Positions 28,734 to 39,233 of a DNA stretch of 64,000 bases are shown piece after piece. Under the pieces are notes generated by a model, which was not told the DNA's origin, ran no database searches, and saw only the letters and a list, made by a program, of their open reading frames with translations. This DNA is from a bacterium. Lineage in GTDB: Bacteria > UBA8248. The position numbers were made by a program, and so were the translations under genes. Position 1 is the stretch's first letter, and each line of letters opens with the position of its first letter. Location: assembly GCA_965207065.1 (NCBI GenBank), contig OZ242260.1, forward strand, positions 192,001-256,000. The letters are read 5' to 3'.

Positions 28734-30074
28734 TCAGTCGCGTTTGACCCCCACCGCCTGCTCGAAAACCTTGATCGGATCGAAATCCTCAATCTCGACC
28801 TCGGGCAATGTAAGGCCCGCATACGCTCCCGCCGCGTGGAATTTCTCCAGCAACTCCTCATCGCTCAGCGGCCTCTCCGGCATCCCGCGGGCCGCGCCGC
28901 AGAACCCGGCGGCGGAGCGGCCATCCTTCAAGGTCAGCGTGAGGCGGATGCTTTCGGGGTATTTTTTGCGCATGGCGTCGGTGGAAAGGTCCGGGGCGCG
29001 CTTCACGCTCACCCGCGCCATGATGGCGGCCTTCTCGGGGCTGACGGCGCCGGGCGCCAGGTCCTCGAAGCGCACCCGGCCATGGAGCGCGGCGCAGGCC
29101 AGGGCGTAAGGCAGGCTGAACTGCATCTCCTGCGGCGTGGCCGGATTCTGGAAGACGAGACTCTCATACACGAGCTGCGGTACTTCGGCATGAACTCCTG
29201 CGACCTCATCCGCGCTCGCGCCGAGTTCCGCCATGAGCGCGTTCATCTGCTCGATGGCCGCGAGCGCCGCCGAGCAGACCGGACTGGTCTTGAACAGCAG
29301 GCCCGGGTCGCACAGGCGCCAGCGCCGGCCGATGGTCTCGAGTTCGGCTTCTACGGCTGCGCCCTGATTGAGCAGTTTCAAAAAACCCCGCTCGTCCTCG
29401 AACGCGTCTTCCGGTCCGGTAAGCCCGGCCCGGGCCGCCCGGGCGAACGTGACCGCCCGACGCGCGCTCTCGCCGACGAGGAGGGGCTTGGCGTCCGTGC
29501 CCAGCACGGCCTTCCCGCCGCCTGAGGCGGCCGCAGCCAGACCGATAGCGCTCGTCATCGCGTCCTCATCAAGCGCCAGCAGGCATCCCGCGGCGGCGGT
29601 CGCGCCCGTGAGCCCTAAGGTGACCGTGCTCCACCAGCCGCGAAAGTAGTGCTCGTGCGTGCAGAGGTCGGCGAGTGCGTACGCCACCTCGGAACCCGCG
29701 ACGAAGGCGCGGCGAAGCGAGTCGGCGCCGGATCCGAGTTCCTGCGCGAGGGCCATGGCGGCGGGCAGCACCACCGCCGAGCCGTGCATGATCCCCGTGT
29801 AGGACGTATCGTCGAAGTCCCAGACGTGCGCCGCCGTTCCGTTCACGAGCGCCGCGGATTCGGCATCCGCCCGCCCGCCGGTCGCCAGCGCCGCCCGCCC
29901 TTCCCCGCGCGTCACCTCGGCCAGGGCGCGGGCAGATGGATGGGCGCCCCCCGCGAGAATGACGCCCAGGGTGTCGAGCATGGCCCTGTTCGCAGCCGTC
30001 CTGACCTCGGAATCGACCCGCTCCAGACCGCAGGCGAACCCCGCGAATCGCCGGGCGATTGACGGTGTTTTCAT
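28734..30074 (-). CDS. MmgE/PrpD family protein
   Basis: AALVNGTAAHVWDFDD, FKTSPVC, QFSLPY and ARGMPERPLS. Confidence 0.9.
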   Translation of the reverse strand: MKTPSIARRFAGFACGLERVDSEVRTAANRAMLDTLGVILAGGAHPSARALAEVTRGEGRAALATGGRADAESAALVNGTAAHVWDFDDTSYTGIMHGSAVVLPAAMALAQELGSGADSLRRAFVAGSEVAYALADLCTHEHYFRGWWSTVTLGLTGATAAAGCLLALDEDAMTSAIGLAAAASGGGKAVLGTDAKPLLVGESARRAVTFARAARAGLTGPEDAFEDERGFLKLLNQGAAVEAELETIGRRWRLCDPGLLFKTSPVCSAALAAIEQMNALMAELGASADEVAGVHAEVPQLVYESLVFQNPATPQEMQFSLPYALACAALHGRVRFEDLAPGAVSPEKAAIMARVSVKRAPDLSTDAMRKKYPESIRLTLTLKDGRSAAGFCGAARGMPERPLSDEELLEKFHAAGAYAGLTLPEVEIEDFDPIKVFEQAVGVKRD

Positions 30075-30304
30075 GTGGCGATGCTGTTCCGGGGCGGGGG
30101 AAACGAGGCCGTAGCGGAAATTATCGCTGCGGGTCCGCGCAAGAATAAACCAAACGAGAAATTTCGGGAACCAAGAAATCACGAGCGGTATCAAATAACG
30201 CTCGCATGATCGCGGGCGTCCACCCGGGACACGCAGATACTTCCCTTAAGTGCGTTTCCCGACCGGTAGGGCCACCCCCGCTCACCCGCAATCCTTCCCT
30301 CTTC

Positions 30305-30512
30305 GGAGTTTTAAAAAAGCCCTGAGAGGGTAAAGGCAACTCCATTGAAAGGGAAACCCCGTATAGTCAACCCCCCCTACCCCCCCTTGTCAGGGGGGTA
30401 TAAGAAGGCGATGCATTCCCGCCGGGCAGAGGGGGCTTTGCTTTTTCTTGCCCCCCTGATAAGGGGGGGTAGGGGGGGTTACTCCCTTGACAAAGGCTGT
30501 TTCAACAAGCCC
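30305..30512. mobile_element. MITE-like element G (poly-C/poly-G hairpin pair)
   Basis: Degenerate ends GGAGTTTTAAAAAAGCC / GGCTGTTTCAACAAGCCC; inverted pair AACCCCCCCTACCCCCCCTTGTCAGGGGGG / CCCCCCTGATAAGGGGGGGTAGGGGGGGTT. Confidence 0.68.
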
Positions 30513-30515
30513 TTC

Positions 30516-30956
30516 TCAGTCGAGCCCTCTCCTCCCCTTCACCCGCAGCGCCGCGCGCCTCAGGCGGCGGAACCAGGGATAGAACGCGCGGGCGCGCTTT
30601 GGGTTCGAGGCGAACCACTTGGCGAGCCTGCCAAACCAGCCAGTCCCGCTCGTCATCGCTTCGAGCGCCGTCATCGCATCTGCGCCCTGATAACTGCGGC
30701 CATCCAGGACGAGCACCATCCCCTCATCGACCTCGCAGCCAGCCTCCCGCAACTCACTGATGAGTTCGGGCGCCCGGTTCGCGTCGATCAGCGTGAGAGG
30801 CCGCCCGTCCGGCGTCTCGAACCCCGATTTTCGCGCATAAAAGCTGCAAAACGGACACTCGCCGTCATAAAGTAAATATGCGTCCTGCGCGGATGCGCTT
30901 GCGGGTTCTTTGTGATCGGCCTCTTGCGAAGTCATCATCGCCTCCCCCGTTTCCAC
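30516..30956 (-). CDS. DCC1-like thiol-disulfide oxidoreductase (DUF393)
   Basis: LLYDGECPFC, YQGADA and YPWFRRLR. Confidence 0.88.
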   Translation of the reverse strand: METGEAMMTSQEADHKEPASASAQDAYLLYDGECPFCSFYARKSGFETPDGRPLTLIDANRAPELISELREAGCEVDEGMVLVLDGRSYQGADAMTALEAMTSGTGWFGRLAKWFASNPKRARAFYPWFRRLRRAALRVKGRRGLD

Positions 30957-31047
30957 GTCCGCATTCTCCGCGCGGAAGGGCGCCGAAGCAAGCGAGTGCA
31001 GCTGTACAGCGGAGGATCATGAGTTGGAGGTAAATCGAGATTAAAAA

Positions 31048-31527
31048 CTAGATTGAGTGGCGCTTCTCAAAACCCTGAAAATGCGTGAAATTCACAGCCG
31101 TGTCCCGACCTTTCGACAAGGCCGCGCGATAGAGGTCGAGATCAACCGTAAGAAGCGGCGTCTCTACTGTGGCGACTTCAAGGAGCGCGGCATCAGTAAG
31201 CCCGAGCCGCCTGAACGCGTTATTTGCCGAGGCAATCTCGCTGACTACGTGTATTTCTTCACTTTCCTGAATAACGAATCGGAGCCTGTCCAAAAAGCGC
31301 GATCGCTCAGGTTCTCCGTGCTGGGCGAGCAAGTTGGACGTTTCGGTAAGCGTATTCGGTGTGACGAATACCTGCTCAACCCGGTCAAGCAGGTTCCGTA
31401 GACTTTCAAAATCTTCGGCAGTGAAATTTTGTAGACGGCGATGACTGCTGATCAGTTTCTCGCCCATGCTACCCACGATGAGCAAAACAAGAAGGTTCGT
31501 GTCGATGAAGAATCCAGACGGGGGCAT
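31048..31527 (-). CDS. PIN-domain protein
   Basis: FFIDTNLLVLL, TPNTLTETSNL, LGLTDAALL and LLTVDLDLY. Confidence 0.85.
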   Translation of the reverse strand: MPPSGFFIDTNLLVLLIVGSMGEKLISSHRRLQNFTAEDFESLRNLLDRVEQVFVTPNTLTETSNLLAQHGEPERSRFLDRLRFVIQESEEIHVVSEIASANNAFRRLGLTDAALLEVATVETPLLTVDLDLYRAALSKGRDTAVNFTHFQGFEKRHSI

Positions 31528-31531
31528 CTAT

Positions 31532-31813
31532 TTATGTTGAAGCGGGCAAGACACGATCTGTGATTGACAACACATGGCCGCTACGAGCATGAATGACCAC
31601 GACCTTATATGAGCGTGCCGGATATTGTTCACCAAGCGCAGTAGTCAGTTTATTTCGATGATCCCATGGCCGATGAAATCCGATAGTCACTTCCCACTGA
31701 TCGAGGTCCATATCCAACCGAACTTCCTCGAGTCCAATATCCGTAATCGTTTCATCACTGAATAAATCGATAATGTATTCTTTCGCCGTTTTCACGGCCT
31801 GCTTCACTTCCAT
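31532..31813 (-). CDS. Small hypothetical protein upstream of the PIN gene (putative TA partner)
   Basis: MEVKQAVKTAKEYI..LEEV..WEVTIGF..RSYKVV; RBS AAGGAG; 4 nt from the PIN start; AT-rich pair. Confidence 0.7.
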   Translation of the reverse strand: MEVKQAVKTAKEYIIDLFSDETITDIGLEEVRLDMDLDQWEVTIGFHRPWDHRNKLTTALGEQYPARSYKVVVIHARSGHVLSITDRVLPAST

Positions 31814-31912
31814 TGGAGTCTCCTTTTCGTTATCGGGTCCTCCAAGAAAAGTCATATCACGACTCTAAAACAGGGACAAGGAAACCGCCCTGATCGGGAG
31901 ATACGCCCCCCC

Positions 31913-33679
31913 CTACCACCCCACTGCGTAGGACTCGCGCCTCGGGTCGGCGCCGCCGAGCAGGAAGCCCGTCTCGGGGTCTTTCACGATCGCGCAGACG
32001 CTGCCGGGCGGCCAGCTGAAATCGGGCCACGAACCCATCTTGTAGCCCATCCCGGTGAGCGCGGGGCCTGCGTCGCCCATAAGCCGCGCCTCGGCCTTGG
32101 CGCTCGCGGGCTCATAGGCATGGGGCCAGAATGAATTGGGGAAATTGGCTGTGGCCGCCCTCGGCGCTTCGATCGCCATCTGGGGCGGCATGCCGAAGAG
32201 CGCGTGGTTCAGGAACACCTGCAGCATGGCCTGGGGCTGGACGTCGCCGCCCGGTGTGCCCAGCGTCATGTAGAACGCGCCGTCCTTGAGCGTGAGGGCG
32301 GGGTTCGGCGTGAGCCTCGGCCGCTTCCAGGGTGCTAAGCAGCTCGGGTGCGCCGGGTCGAGCCAGCTTTGGGAGCCGCGCCCCGAGACGGTCGCGCCCA
32401 CGCCGGGCACGAAGGGCATTGTGTTCGCGGGGTCCGAAGGCGTGCAGGAAAAGGCGTTTCCCTCCGAATCCACCGCCGTGCAATAGGAGGTATCGTGCTG
32501 GTATTCGGCCTCAGAGGCTTGCGGGACCCGGTGCGCGCCATCGTAACGCCACGGGTGCGCGCCCCCCTGGTGCGTCCAGGGGTCTCCGGGTTCGGGCATG
32601 TCAGCGAACGCTTTATTCATATCAATCCGCTCCGCCTGCTTTGCGGCGTATTCTGTAGAGAGAAGGCCGTCTATCGGCACGTCCACGAACTCGGGGTCCC
32701 CGACATAAGCCTCCCTGTCGGCGAACGCTAGATTGAGCGCGGCCATCAGCGTATGCAGGTAGCCGGGAGAATTGTGGCCCAGGGCCGCGAGGTCGAAGTT
32801 CGATACGATGTTCATCGCCTCCAGCAGCGTCGGCCCCTGGCACCACGGGCCGCAGGCGTAGACCTGGTGTCCCAGGAACTCGGTCATTACAGGCTCTTCT
32901 TCCAGAACGTGGAAATCGGCCAGGTCGTCCATCGTCATCAGCCCGCCCTCGCGCTGGATGAAATCGACCATCAGGCGGGCCGTCTCCCCGGTGTAGACTT
33001 CATCGCGCGCCGCGCGCACGCCCCCGGCGCGACCGCCGCCCGCCCTTTGCTCCGCGCGCACCATGCGCCGCATCGTCTCGGCCAGGTCGGGATTCCGCAC
33101 CCGCCCGCCCACGGGTATGAGGTCGCCACCCGGAAAATAGACGGGCCGCGTCGATTCCCAGCGGTAGTAGTCTCCTTCCGCCGATTTGATGTGGTCGTAC
33201 ATGAAATGGTGCATGGGGAAACCATCTTGTGCCAGGGAGATGGCGTCCTGGGAGACCTCCGCAAAGCTTTTTGTGCCGTAACGCTCAAGAGCGGTGAGCC
33301 AGGCGTCTATCGCCGCGGGGGTGACGGCGCGCCGGACTCCGGGTGGAATTTCCCCACCGCAGTTTTTCTCGAACCACTCGATAGAGGCCGCCTTGGGCCA
33401 GCGCCCCAGACCGCTGATGGTGAGCACGCGGCGCTCTTTCGCCAGGTAAATCATCGTGGGTGCGACGCCCAGGAACGACACCATGTCGGAGTGCAGGACG
33501 CTCAGGCAGATCCCCGCCGCGACGCCTGCGTCTATCGCGTTTCCGCCTTTTTCCAGAATCCTCAGCCCCGCCTGGCTCGCGTAATGATGGCCGGATGCGA
33601 CCATCGCCTCGCGCGCGCTCACCTGCGGCCTGTGGGCGATGTATTCGCGGCCTTCGGGGGTGGTGTGGCGAAACGCCAT
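31913..33679 (-). CDS. ggt: Gamma-glutamyltransferase family (Ntn hydrolase)
   Basis: GGNAIDAGVAA, autoproteolysis Thr in HDTSYCTAVDSEGN, GTPGGDVQPQ and GGADPRR. Confidence 0.92.
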   Translation of the reverse strand: MAFRHTTPEGREYIAHRPQVSAREAMVASGHHYASQAGLRILEKGGNAIDAGVAAGICLSVLHSDMVSFLGVAPTMIYLAKERRVLTISGLGRWPKAASIEWFEKNCGGEIPPGVRRAVTPAAIDAWLTALERYGTKSFAEVSQDAISLAQDGFPMHHFMYDHIKSAEGDYYRWESTRPVYFPGGDLIPVGGRVRNPDLAETMRRMVRAEQRAGGGRAGGVRAARDEVYTGETARLMVDFIQREGGLMTMDDLADFHVLEEEPVMTEFLGHQVYACGPWCQGPTLLEAMNIVSNFDLAALGHNSPGYLHTLMAALNLAFADREAYVGDPEFVDVPIDGLLSTEYAAKQAERIDMNKAFADMPEPGDPWTHQGGAHPWRYDGAHRVPQASEAEYQHDTSYCTAVDSEGNAFSCTPSDPANTMPFVPGVGATVSGRGSQSWLDPAHPSCLAPWKRPRLTPNPALTLKDGAFYMTLGTPGGDVQPQAMLQVFLNHALFGMPPQMAIEAPRAATANFPNSFWPHAYEPASAKAEARLMGDAGPALTGMGYKMGSWPDFSWPPGSVCAIVKDPETGFLLGGADPRRESYAVGW

Positions 33680-33769
33680 GAAGGGTCCTCCTTAGCCAGG
33701 GGGCATAGAGTAGCCGCCATCTTGCCAGATGTGTTCGGATGAGCGCAAAGAGTCATTCCCGACCGAAGA

Positions 33770-33932
33770 GGGGCTGTTAAAAAAGTCTTTTCCCAGGGAA
33801 TACCCCCCCCTACCCCCCTTGTCAGGGGTCAAACGCGAGTGAGGAACGAGCGTTTGCATATGCCATTGACGAGAAACACATCGGCTCGCAAAACCTCCCT
33901 CTTCGGTCGGTTTTGACCCTGACAAGGGGGGG
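33770..33932. repeat. MITE-like element H (left end plus poly-C/G hairpin pair)
   Basis: GGGGCTGTTAAAAAAGTC then CCCCCCCTACCCCCCTTGTCAGGGG ... CCCTGACAAGGGGGGG, the same unit as element G. Confidence 0.65.
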
Positions 33933-33951
33933 TGCCTTTCAAAGCGAGAGC

Positions 33952-34854
33952 CTACGCCATCGCTTGCTCCACGAAGCGCATATCCACGGCCTGCTCGTAT
34001 GAGACGCCGGTTCCGATCAGCCCGCCGCTCAGGCATGCGGCACGCAGCCACTCGAAACTCTCCTTCGCGAGGCGGGGGTTCCGGTTCCAGAGGCCAAGGC
34101 TCTTGTAGCGCGCAATCGCCGCCGCGAGAAGATCAAAATCCATATCCTCGAACCAGGACTTCACGAGGCGGGCGACGGCCTCCGCATCGTTCTCCGCGAG
34201 CCAGCGCTCGGTCCTCAGTATGGCGCGCGTCATGCCGAGGGCGGATTCTGGCTGCTCCCTCAAAAACGAGGCCGGCGCGTAGAACGCCGTATAGGTCGTG
34301 AGTCCCCGCTCCGCCGCCTGATACCAGATGTGGCCCGCGCCTTCTCGGATCAACTCCTCGGCGAATGGCTGAAACACCTGGATGACGTCCACCTCGCCCG
34401 CGCGCAGGGCTTCTGCGTTTTCGCCCATCGTACGATCCGGGATTCTCTCCAGCGCCGCCGGGTCGAGCCCCGCCAATTGCAGGTCGTGCTGCAGGCACAT
34501 CCAGGGAGTGGGCACCTCGCTCACCGTGGCGACTTTAGGTCCCATCAGCTCGCCCATCCGGAACACCGGGTTCGGTTCGCGCCCAATCAGGAAAAACGGG
34601 TCGCGGCAGACGACCTCGCAGAACACCTTGAGGTCGCACTCGGGGTTTTTGTCATACGCCACCAGGACGCGCATGGGCCCGCCCCAGCTCACCTGCGCCT
34701 CACCGGACATGAGCAACTCCGCGTTCCGGGCGGGATCGGGCGAGGTTTCGATACGAACGTCGGCGCCCTCCTCCTCATAGGCCCCCAGCGAGAAGGCGGC
34801 GTAGAACGGCGTGTAGAAAACGGCTCTGAAATTCTCCAGCAGCGTGATGCTCAC
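33952..34854 (-). CDS. NMT1/THI5-like substrate-binding protein (no obvious signal peptide)
   Basis: ENFRAVFYTPFYAA, SWGGPMR, CRDPFFLIGR and QVFQPF. Confidence 0.8.
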   Translation of the reverse strand: MSITLLENFRAVFYTPFYAAFSLGAYEEEGADVRIETSPDPARNAELLMSGEAQVSWGGPMRVLVAYDKNPECDLKVFCEVVCRDPFFLIGREPNPVFRMGELMGPKVATVSEVPTPWMCLQHDLQLAGLDPAALERIPDRTMGENAEALRAGEVDVIQVFQPFAEELIREGAGHIWYQAAERGLTTYTAFYAPASFLREQPESALGMTRAILRTERWLAENDAEAVARLVKSWFEDMDFDLLAAAIARYKSLGLWNRNPRLAKESFEWLRAACLSGGLIGTGVSYEQAVDMRFVEQAMA

Positions 34855-34864
34855 GTAAACCTCC

Positions 34865-36088
34865 TCAAAGAATCGGCGTTATGGTTTTCGACATCAGTTC
34901 GCGCTCGTCTATCCCGAACACATCCGACAGCCAGTCGGCGAGTACCTCCTGCCCGATGGTGGGATTGTCGTGCTGGCAGTGGTCGGCGCCCGTCTCCTCC
35001 TCGTCGACGAGCCTGAGCGTCACGTCCACCCCCGCCGTCTGGGCAGCATCATACACCTTGCGCGCCTGGGCCACGCCGAGCACGTCGTATCCCCCGTGGA
35101 CGATGAGGTATGGACACTCCATCCGCCCGATGTGTCCTTCCAGCGTAAAGGGCGCGAGCTTCTCGACGGCTTCTCTCATGCTCGCGGCCCCGAACACCCA
35201 CTTGATGGAATCGGCGAGGCGGTGATCCTCGTCCGCGTCGCGCCATGTATCATACAGGCTCCACCCGGCGGTGTGGGAGAGCGCGGCGGCGAGCCTGTGC
35301 TCGTAGCAGGCCGCCCGGGCGGCGAAATGGCCCCCGATTCCCCCGCCGCAGACGGCGATGCGCGAGGCGTCCACGTCTCCCCTCGCCTCCAGATAGTCGA
35401 TGCAGCGGCCCACGGGCGCCTCGTAGTCGTGGCGGCAGGTGATGCCCCCTCTCCTGAGCGTGCCGCCCTGGCCGGGGCCGTCGATCATCAGGACCGATAT
35501 GCCGCGCTGCAGGAACCCCCGCCCCGCCATGAACCACATCTCATCCTTATAGGCGTCCAGGCCGCCGAAGCTGATGACGGCGGGCTGCCTTTCCACCCAA
35601 AAGGGCGCAGGCACGATATAGGCGTCCAGATGCGCGCCGTTCTCATAGGGAACCCGCACCACCTCGCCGGGAGGTGTGAGATGGGCGAGAAACGCCTTGG
35701 AACACGCCTCCACCTTCTCGAAGGTCTCTAGCCGGCGCGGATCGTCAGACTCCAGCCAGAACTCCGCACTCCGGTAGTAATCCGCCGCGCGCAGCCAGCA
35801 GTTGCGCGCCGTCTGGATGCGCCCCGCGGCGGCGGCCTCATCCCCTCTCGCGCGGTTGCGCTCGCCCACGCGCGTCCACTCCACATACCAGCTCTCGTTG
35901 TCGCCGGGCGTCATGCGGCTCGCGGCCTGGAAGCACTCGCTCACCGAGCCGCCGCCCTCCTGCGTCTCGCCCAGGGCGCGCCTGAATTGATAGGACATCC
36001 AGGGATGCTCGGGCCAGTGGTGCCAGCCGTAGGGTTCGTAGTGCGCTCCCCGGGATTCGTCGATCCGGTCGATCGCTTTCTCTTCCAT
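34865..36088 (-). CDS. Alpha/beta hydrolase, DHPON-hydrolase/FrsA-like, with atypical nucleophile elbow
   Basis: GGLDAYKDE, IDGPGQG and ETGADHCQHDN; elbow reads CGGGIGG. Confidence 0.85.
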   Translation of the reverse strand: MEEKAIDRIDESRGAHYEPYGWHHWPEHPWMSYQFRRALGETQEGGGSVSECFQAASRMTPGDNESWYVEWTRVGERNRARGDEAAAAGRIQTARNCWLRAADYYRSAEFWLESDDPRRLETFEKVEACSKAFLAHLTPPGEVVRVPYENGAHLDAYIVPAPFWVERQPAVISFGGLDAYKDEMWFMAGRGFLQRGISVLMIDGPGQGGTLRRGGITCRHDYEAPVGRCIDYLEARGDVDASRIAVCGGGIGGHFAARAACYEHRLAAALSHTAGWSLYDTWRDADEDHRLADSIKWVFGAASMREAVEKLAPFTLEGHIGRMECPYLIVHGGYDVLGVAQARKVYDAAQTAGVDVTLRLVDEEETGADHCQHDNPTIGQEVLADWLSDVFGIDERELMSKTITPIL

Positions 36089-36249
36089 GAGAAAACCCTC
36101 CCCGTTAGTCTGCCTGAATGGTGGAGCGTCCGCCCGGTCAAGGGATGGAAGAATCTACCCCCGCGCGAGCGGAAGTGAAATCAGATGGTGAGTGATGATC
36201 CCCGGCCCTTGTTCGAACCACAAAGCCGCCCTCGAACCCGCCAACTCCC

Positions 36250-38223
36250 CTATGCGGAAGCGGCTCCTCCGGCCACCGGGGCGGGCGTGGGCTCTCCCTC
36301 CTCGGCGAGGCGTCTTCTCTGCAGGATGAAAACCGCGCCCAGCATAATCGCGCCCGCCAGGTGGTTCAGGTAGCCCGGCCAGAACAGGAGGCCCGCAGCC
36401 AGGAACAAGTACCCGCGCATCGGGGTCGAGAAGCGGAAATACATGAACCCGACCATACCGGCGGCCAAAGCCTGGAAGCCGAGAAGCCCCGCGGCGAAAG
36501 TTTCGAGCGAGAGCCAGGGCTGGCGGATGAGCAGAATCGGCGTGAATGCGAACATCAGCGGCAGGATGTACATGCCCTTCGCCGTGCGGAAAGACGCCCA
36601 GGCCGCCTTCGCCGGGTTGGCGTCCGCTATGCCCGCCGCCGTATAGGCGGGCACGCATACAGGGGGCGTGAAGCAACTGTCCAGGCTGTACCAGAAAACG
36701 ATGAGATGGGCCGAGAGCAGCGAGAGCTTGAACGGCTCCCCGAGTTCCAGTAGCGCGGGCACGGCCATGACGGACAAGACGATGTAGGCCGCGCTCGTCG
36801 GCAGGCCCATGCCCAGCACGAATGAGGCAATGCCCACCAGGAGGATTCCCAGGAACAAGCTGTCGTTCGCCAGATTCGTGACCAAAGAGGAGAACTTTAG
36901 CCCCAGGCCGGTCTGGAACAGCGCCCCCATGATGAGGCCCACCGCGCCCACCGCCGCGCATATGGGCAGCGACTGAATGGCGCCCTTCTCGAGCGCGAGG
37001 ACGATGTTCCAAAGCCCGCGGCCGATTTCGCTCACTACTTCCGATACGCTCGTGCCCTCTCTTCTTGCTTTTTCCAGCAAGACGAGGGCGCCCTTGAGGC
37101 CCGCCAGGAGCACGACGGAGAGAATACCGACAAGGCCCGCGTAGGGCACCGGTCTCCCCGTCATGAGGATCGCCAGAATCACGATGGGGGGCAGAAGGTA
37201 GAACCACCCGTCCTTCATGATGGGTCCCAGGGGAGGTATCAAATCCCTGGGCATGCCGACCAGGCCCTCTTTTCTCGCTTCTAAGTGCACAGTCGCGTAG
37301 ACGGAGAAGAAGTACAAAACGGCCGGCAGAATCGAAACCTTCACGATTTCCCAATACGAAATGCCGGTGAACTCCACGATCAGAAACGCCGACGCCCCCA
37401 TGATGGGCGGCATGATTTGGCCTCCCGTAGAAGCCGCCGTCTCGATGGCCGCCGCCATCTCGGGCCTGAAGCCTGTGCGCTTCATCATCGGGATGGTGAA
37501 CGAACCCGTGGTAACCACATTCGCGTTCGCGCTGCCCATGATGGTGCCCGTCATGGCGCTGGCGAAAACCGCCGCCTTCGCCGGCCCGCCGCGCAGCCTG
37601 CCCGCGGCCGACATGGAGAGTTTCACATAGAAATCCGCTGCCCCCATGCGGTCGAGAAACGCGCCGAAGAGGATGAACAGGAAGATATAGACCGAAAAAA
37701 CGCTCAAAGGCGCCGTCCACAGGCCGTCGTAGGTCATGTACTGATGGTCCACGATGTGCATGTAGGTTGCCCCTTTGTGCGCAAGAAACCCGGGGAAATA
37801 GGGGCCGAAATACGAATAAACGATGAAGAATAGCGATATCACGGGGAGCGCCAGGTTGATGGTCCTGCGCGCAGCCTCGAAGGCGAGCACCAGAACTACC
37901 GAACCCAGTATCAGATCCATGGTTTCGAGCGGTTCAACGAAATGCAGACGATTCAGGTAATAGTCGATGCGCAGTATCGGGTAAGAGATGGAGGCGACCG
38001 CCAGGAGGCAGACGGCGGCCGTAACAACGGCGCGCCACCCGCCTCCCGCAGGTTTTCTGTAGACGATGAAAATCAGGGTCATCCCGAAGAGGTACGAGAG
38101 CGCCCTCTGGGTAAGCGGCTCATAACCTCCCGTGTAGGCCACCTGGATGTGAAACCAGGACATACCGACGGCTATCGCCAGGACAAGCCAATCCAGAGGG
38201 GTTCTTTCCTGTATATCGTTCAC
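36250..38223 (-). CDS. TRAP transporter fused permease (4TM/12TM)
   Basis: GGPAKAAV, GSANANVVTTGSFTIPMMK, ASTGGQIMPPIMG and LGMGLPTSAAY. Confidence 0.95.
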   Translation of the reverse strand: MNDIQERTPLDWLVLAIAVGMSWFHIQVAYTGGYEPLTQRALSYLFGMTLIFIVYRKPAGGGWRAVVTAAVCLLAVASISYPILRIDYYLNRLHFVEPLETMDLILGSVVLVLAFEAARRTINLALPVISLFFIVYSYFGPYFPGFLAHKGATYMHIVDHQYMTYDGLWTAPLSVFSVYIFLFILFGAFLDRMGAADFYVKLSMSAAGRLRGGPAKAAVFASAMTGTIMGSANANVVTTGSFTIPMMKRTGFRPEMAAAIETAASTGGQIMPPIMGASAFLIVEFTGISYWEIVKVSILPAVLYFFSVYATVHLEARKEGLVGMPRDLIPPLGPIMKDGWFYLLPPIVILAILMTGRPVPYAGLVGILSVVLLAGLKGALVLLEKARREGTSVSEVVSEIGRGLWNIVLALEKGAIQSLPICAAVGAVGLIMGALFQTGLGLKFSSLVTNLANDSLFLGILLVGIASFVLGMGLPTSAAYIVLSVMAVPALLELGEPFKLSLLSAHLIVFWYSLDSCFTPPVCVPAYTAAGIADANPAKAAWASFRTAKGMYILPLMFAFTPILLIRQPWLSLETFAAGLLGFQALAAGMVGFMYFRFSTPMRGYLFLAAGLLFWPGYLNHLAGAIMLGAVFILQRRRLAEEGEPTPAPVAGGAASA

Positions 38224-38249
38224 GCTCTCGCCTCTTTATCGGGGATGGG

Positions 38250-39233
38250 TTACATCGAGCCCCCGATTTCCTTGTAGAAGCGCTTGGCGCCTTCATGCAG
38301 CGGCACTCCGAGATGCATTCCCGCCTTCTTGGGGTCCCAACTCTTGTAGATCTTGTGAACGCCGCCGAGGAACTTCCTCTCCTGACTCGCTATCTTGAGG
38401 ATCGAGTAAACCACGTCGGCGCTCATCTTGGTCGTCGTGAGCAGCACGCCGAAAAGCCCCATCGATTCCTTGGGCTTGGGGTTGCCCCTGTACATGCCGC
38501 CCGGAATCTGGCAGGACGTGAAGCCGTTGCCCGCCAGCATTTTTTTCACGTCATCGGACATGTCCAGGAACACGAGATTGCGGCCCAGAGCCGCCTGGAT
38601 GCCCGCGCCGTTGGGGTCGCCAGAGTTGTGGAAGTAGAAATCGAGCTGTCTCGCTTTAATCGCGCGCGACATGCCGTTAACACCCGCGAAATTGAGTTTG
38701 TAACCACGTTCCCTGAGTTGCTTGTAGTTCGTCTTGTAATGCTTGACGATCAGGCTTCCCACGTACTCCGTGCTGGTTCCCTTCTTGGCCACACCTACCT
38801 TGAGCGGCGTTTTCGACTTGATGATGTCGCCCCAGGTCTTGATGCCGGAGTCGTAGAGTTCCTTGGAGGCGTACTGGTGGTAGCACGAAGGCCAGAAGCT
38901 GGCGATGCCCCGGAGGGTCTTATAGGACTTCTTGAATGGGGTCTTGCCTGCCATGGCGGCGCCGGCGAAGTTCGAGAAGGTATAGCCGAAGTCGGCGCCT
39001 CCTCCTCCCACGCGGGCCGGGTTCGCCCGTCCGCCGCCGGGCACCACGCTTAGGATAACCTTTTTCTGTTTCCTGTTGACGATTTCGCTGAGGCCCGCGC
39101 CCAGCCTGCCCATCGTGCCGCCCAGGCTGCCGACCGCGACGTCGTACTTCGCGGGCGCGGCGTAGGCGTCGCCTAGCGTCAGAAACGGCAGGGTCAAAGC
39201 CAGAATTCCGAACATCATGATGATTCTTTTCAT
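38250..39233 (-). CDS. TAXI-family TRAP substrate-binding protein
   Basis: Signal peptide, GSLGG, and the VPLHEGAKRFYKEIG C-terminus; upstream of the fused permease. Confidence 0.9.
   Translation of the reverse strand: MKRIIMMFGILALTLPFLTLGDAYAAPAKYDVAVGSLGGTMGRLGAGLSEIVNRKQKKVILSVVPGGGRANPARVGGGGADFGYTFSNFAGAAMAGKTPFKKSYKTLRGIASFWPSCYHQYASKELYDSGIKTWGDIIKSKTPLKVGVAKKGTSTEYVGSLIVKHYKTNYKQLRERGYKLNFAGVNGMSRAIKARQLDFYFHNSGDPNGAGIQAALGRNLVFLDMSDDVKKMLAGNGFTSCQIPGGMYRGNPKPKESMGLFGVLLTTTKMSADVVYSILKIASQERKFLGGVHKIYKSWDPKKAGMHLGVPLHEGAKRFYKEIGGSM

Noticed and set aside
30345-30515. ORF starts such as NPPYPPLSGG and other peptides read through repeat elements
   Set aside because: They are translations of palindromic repeats, not genes.
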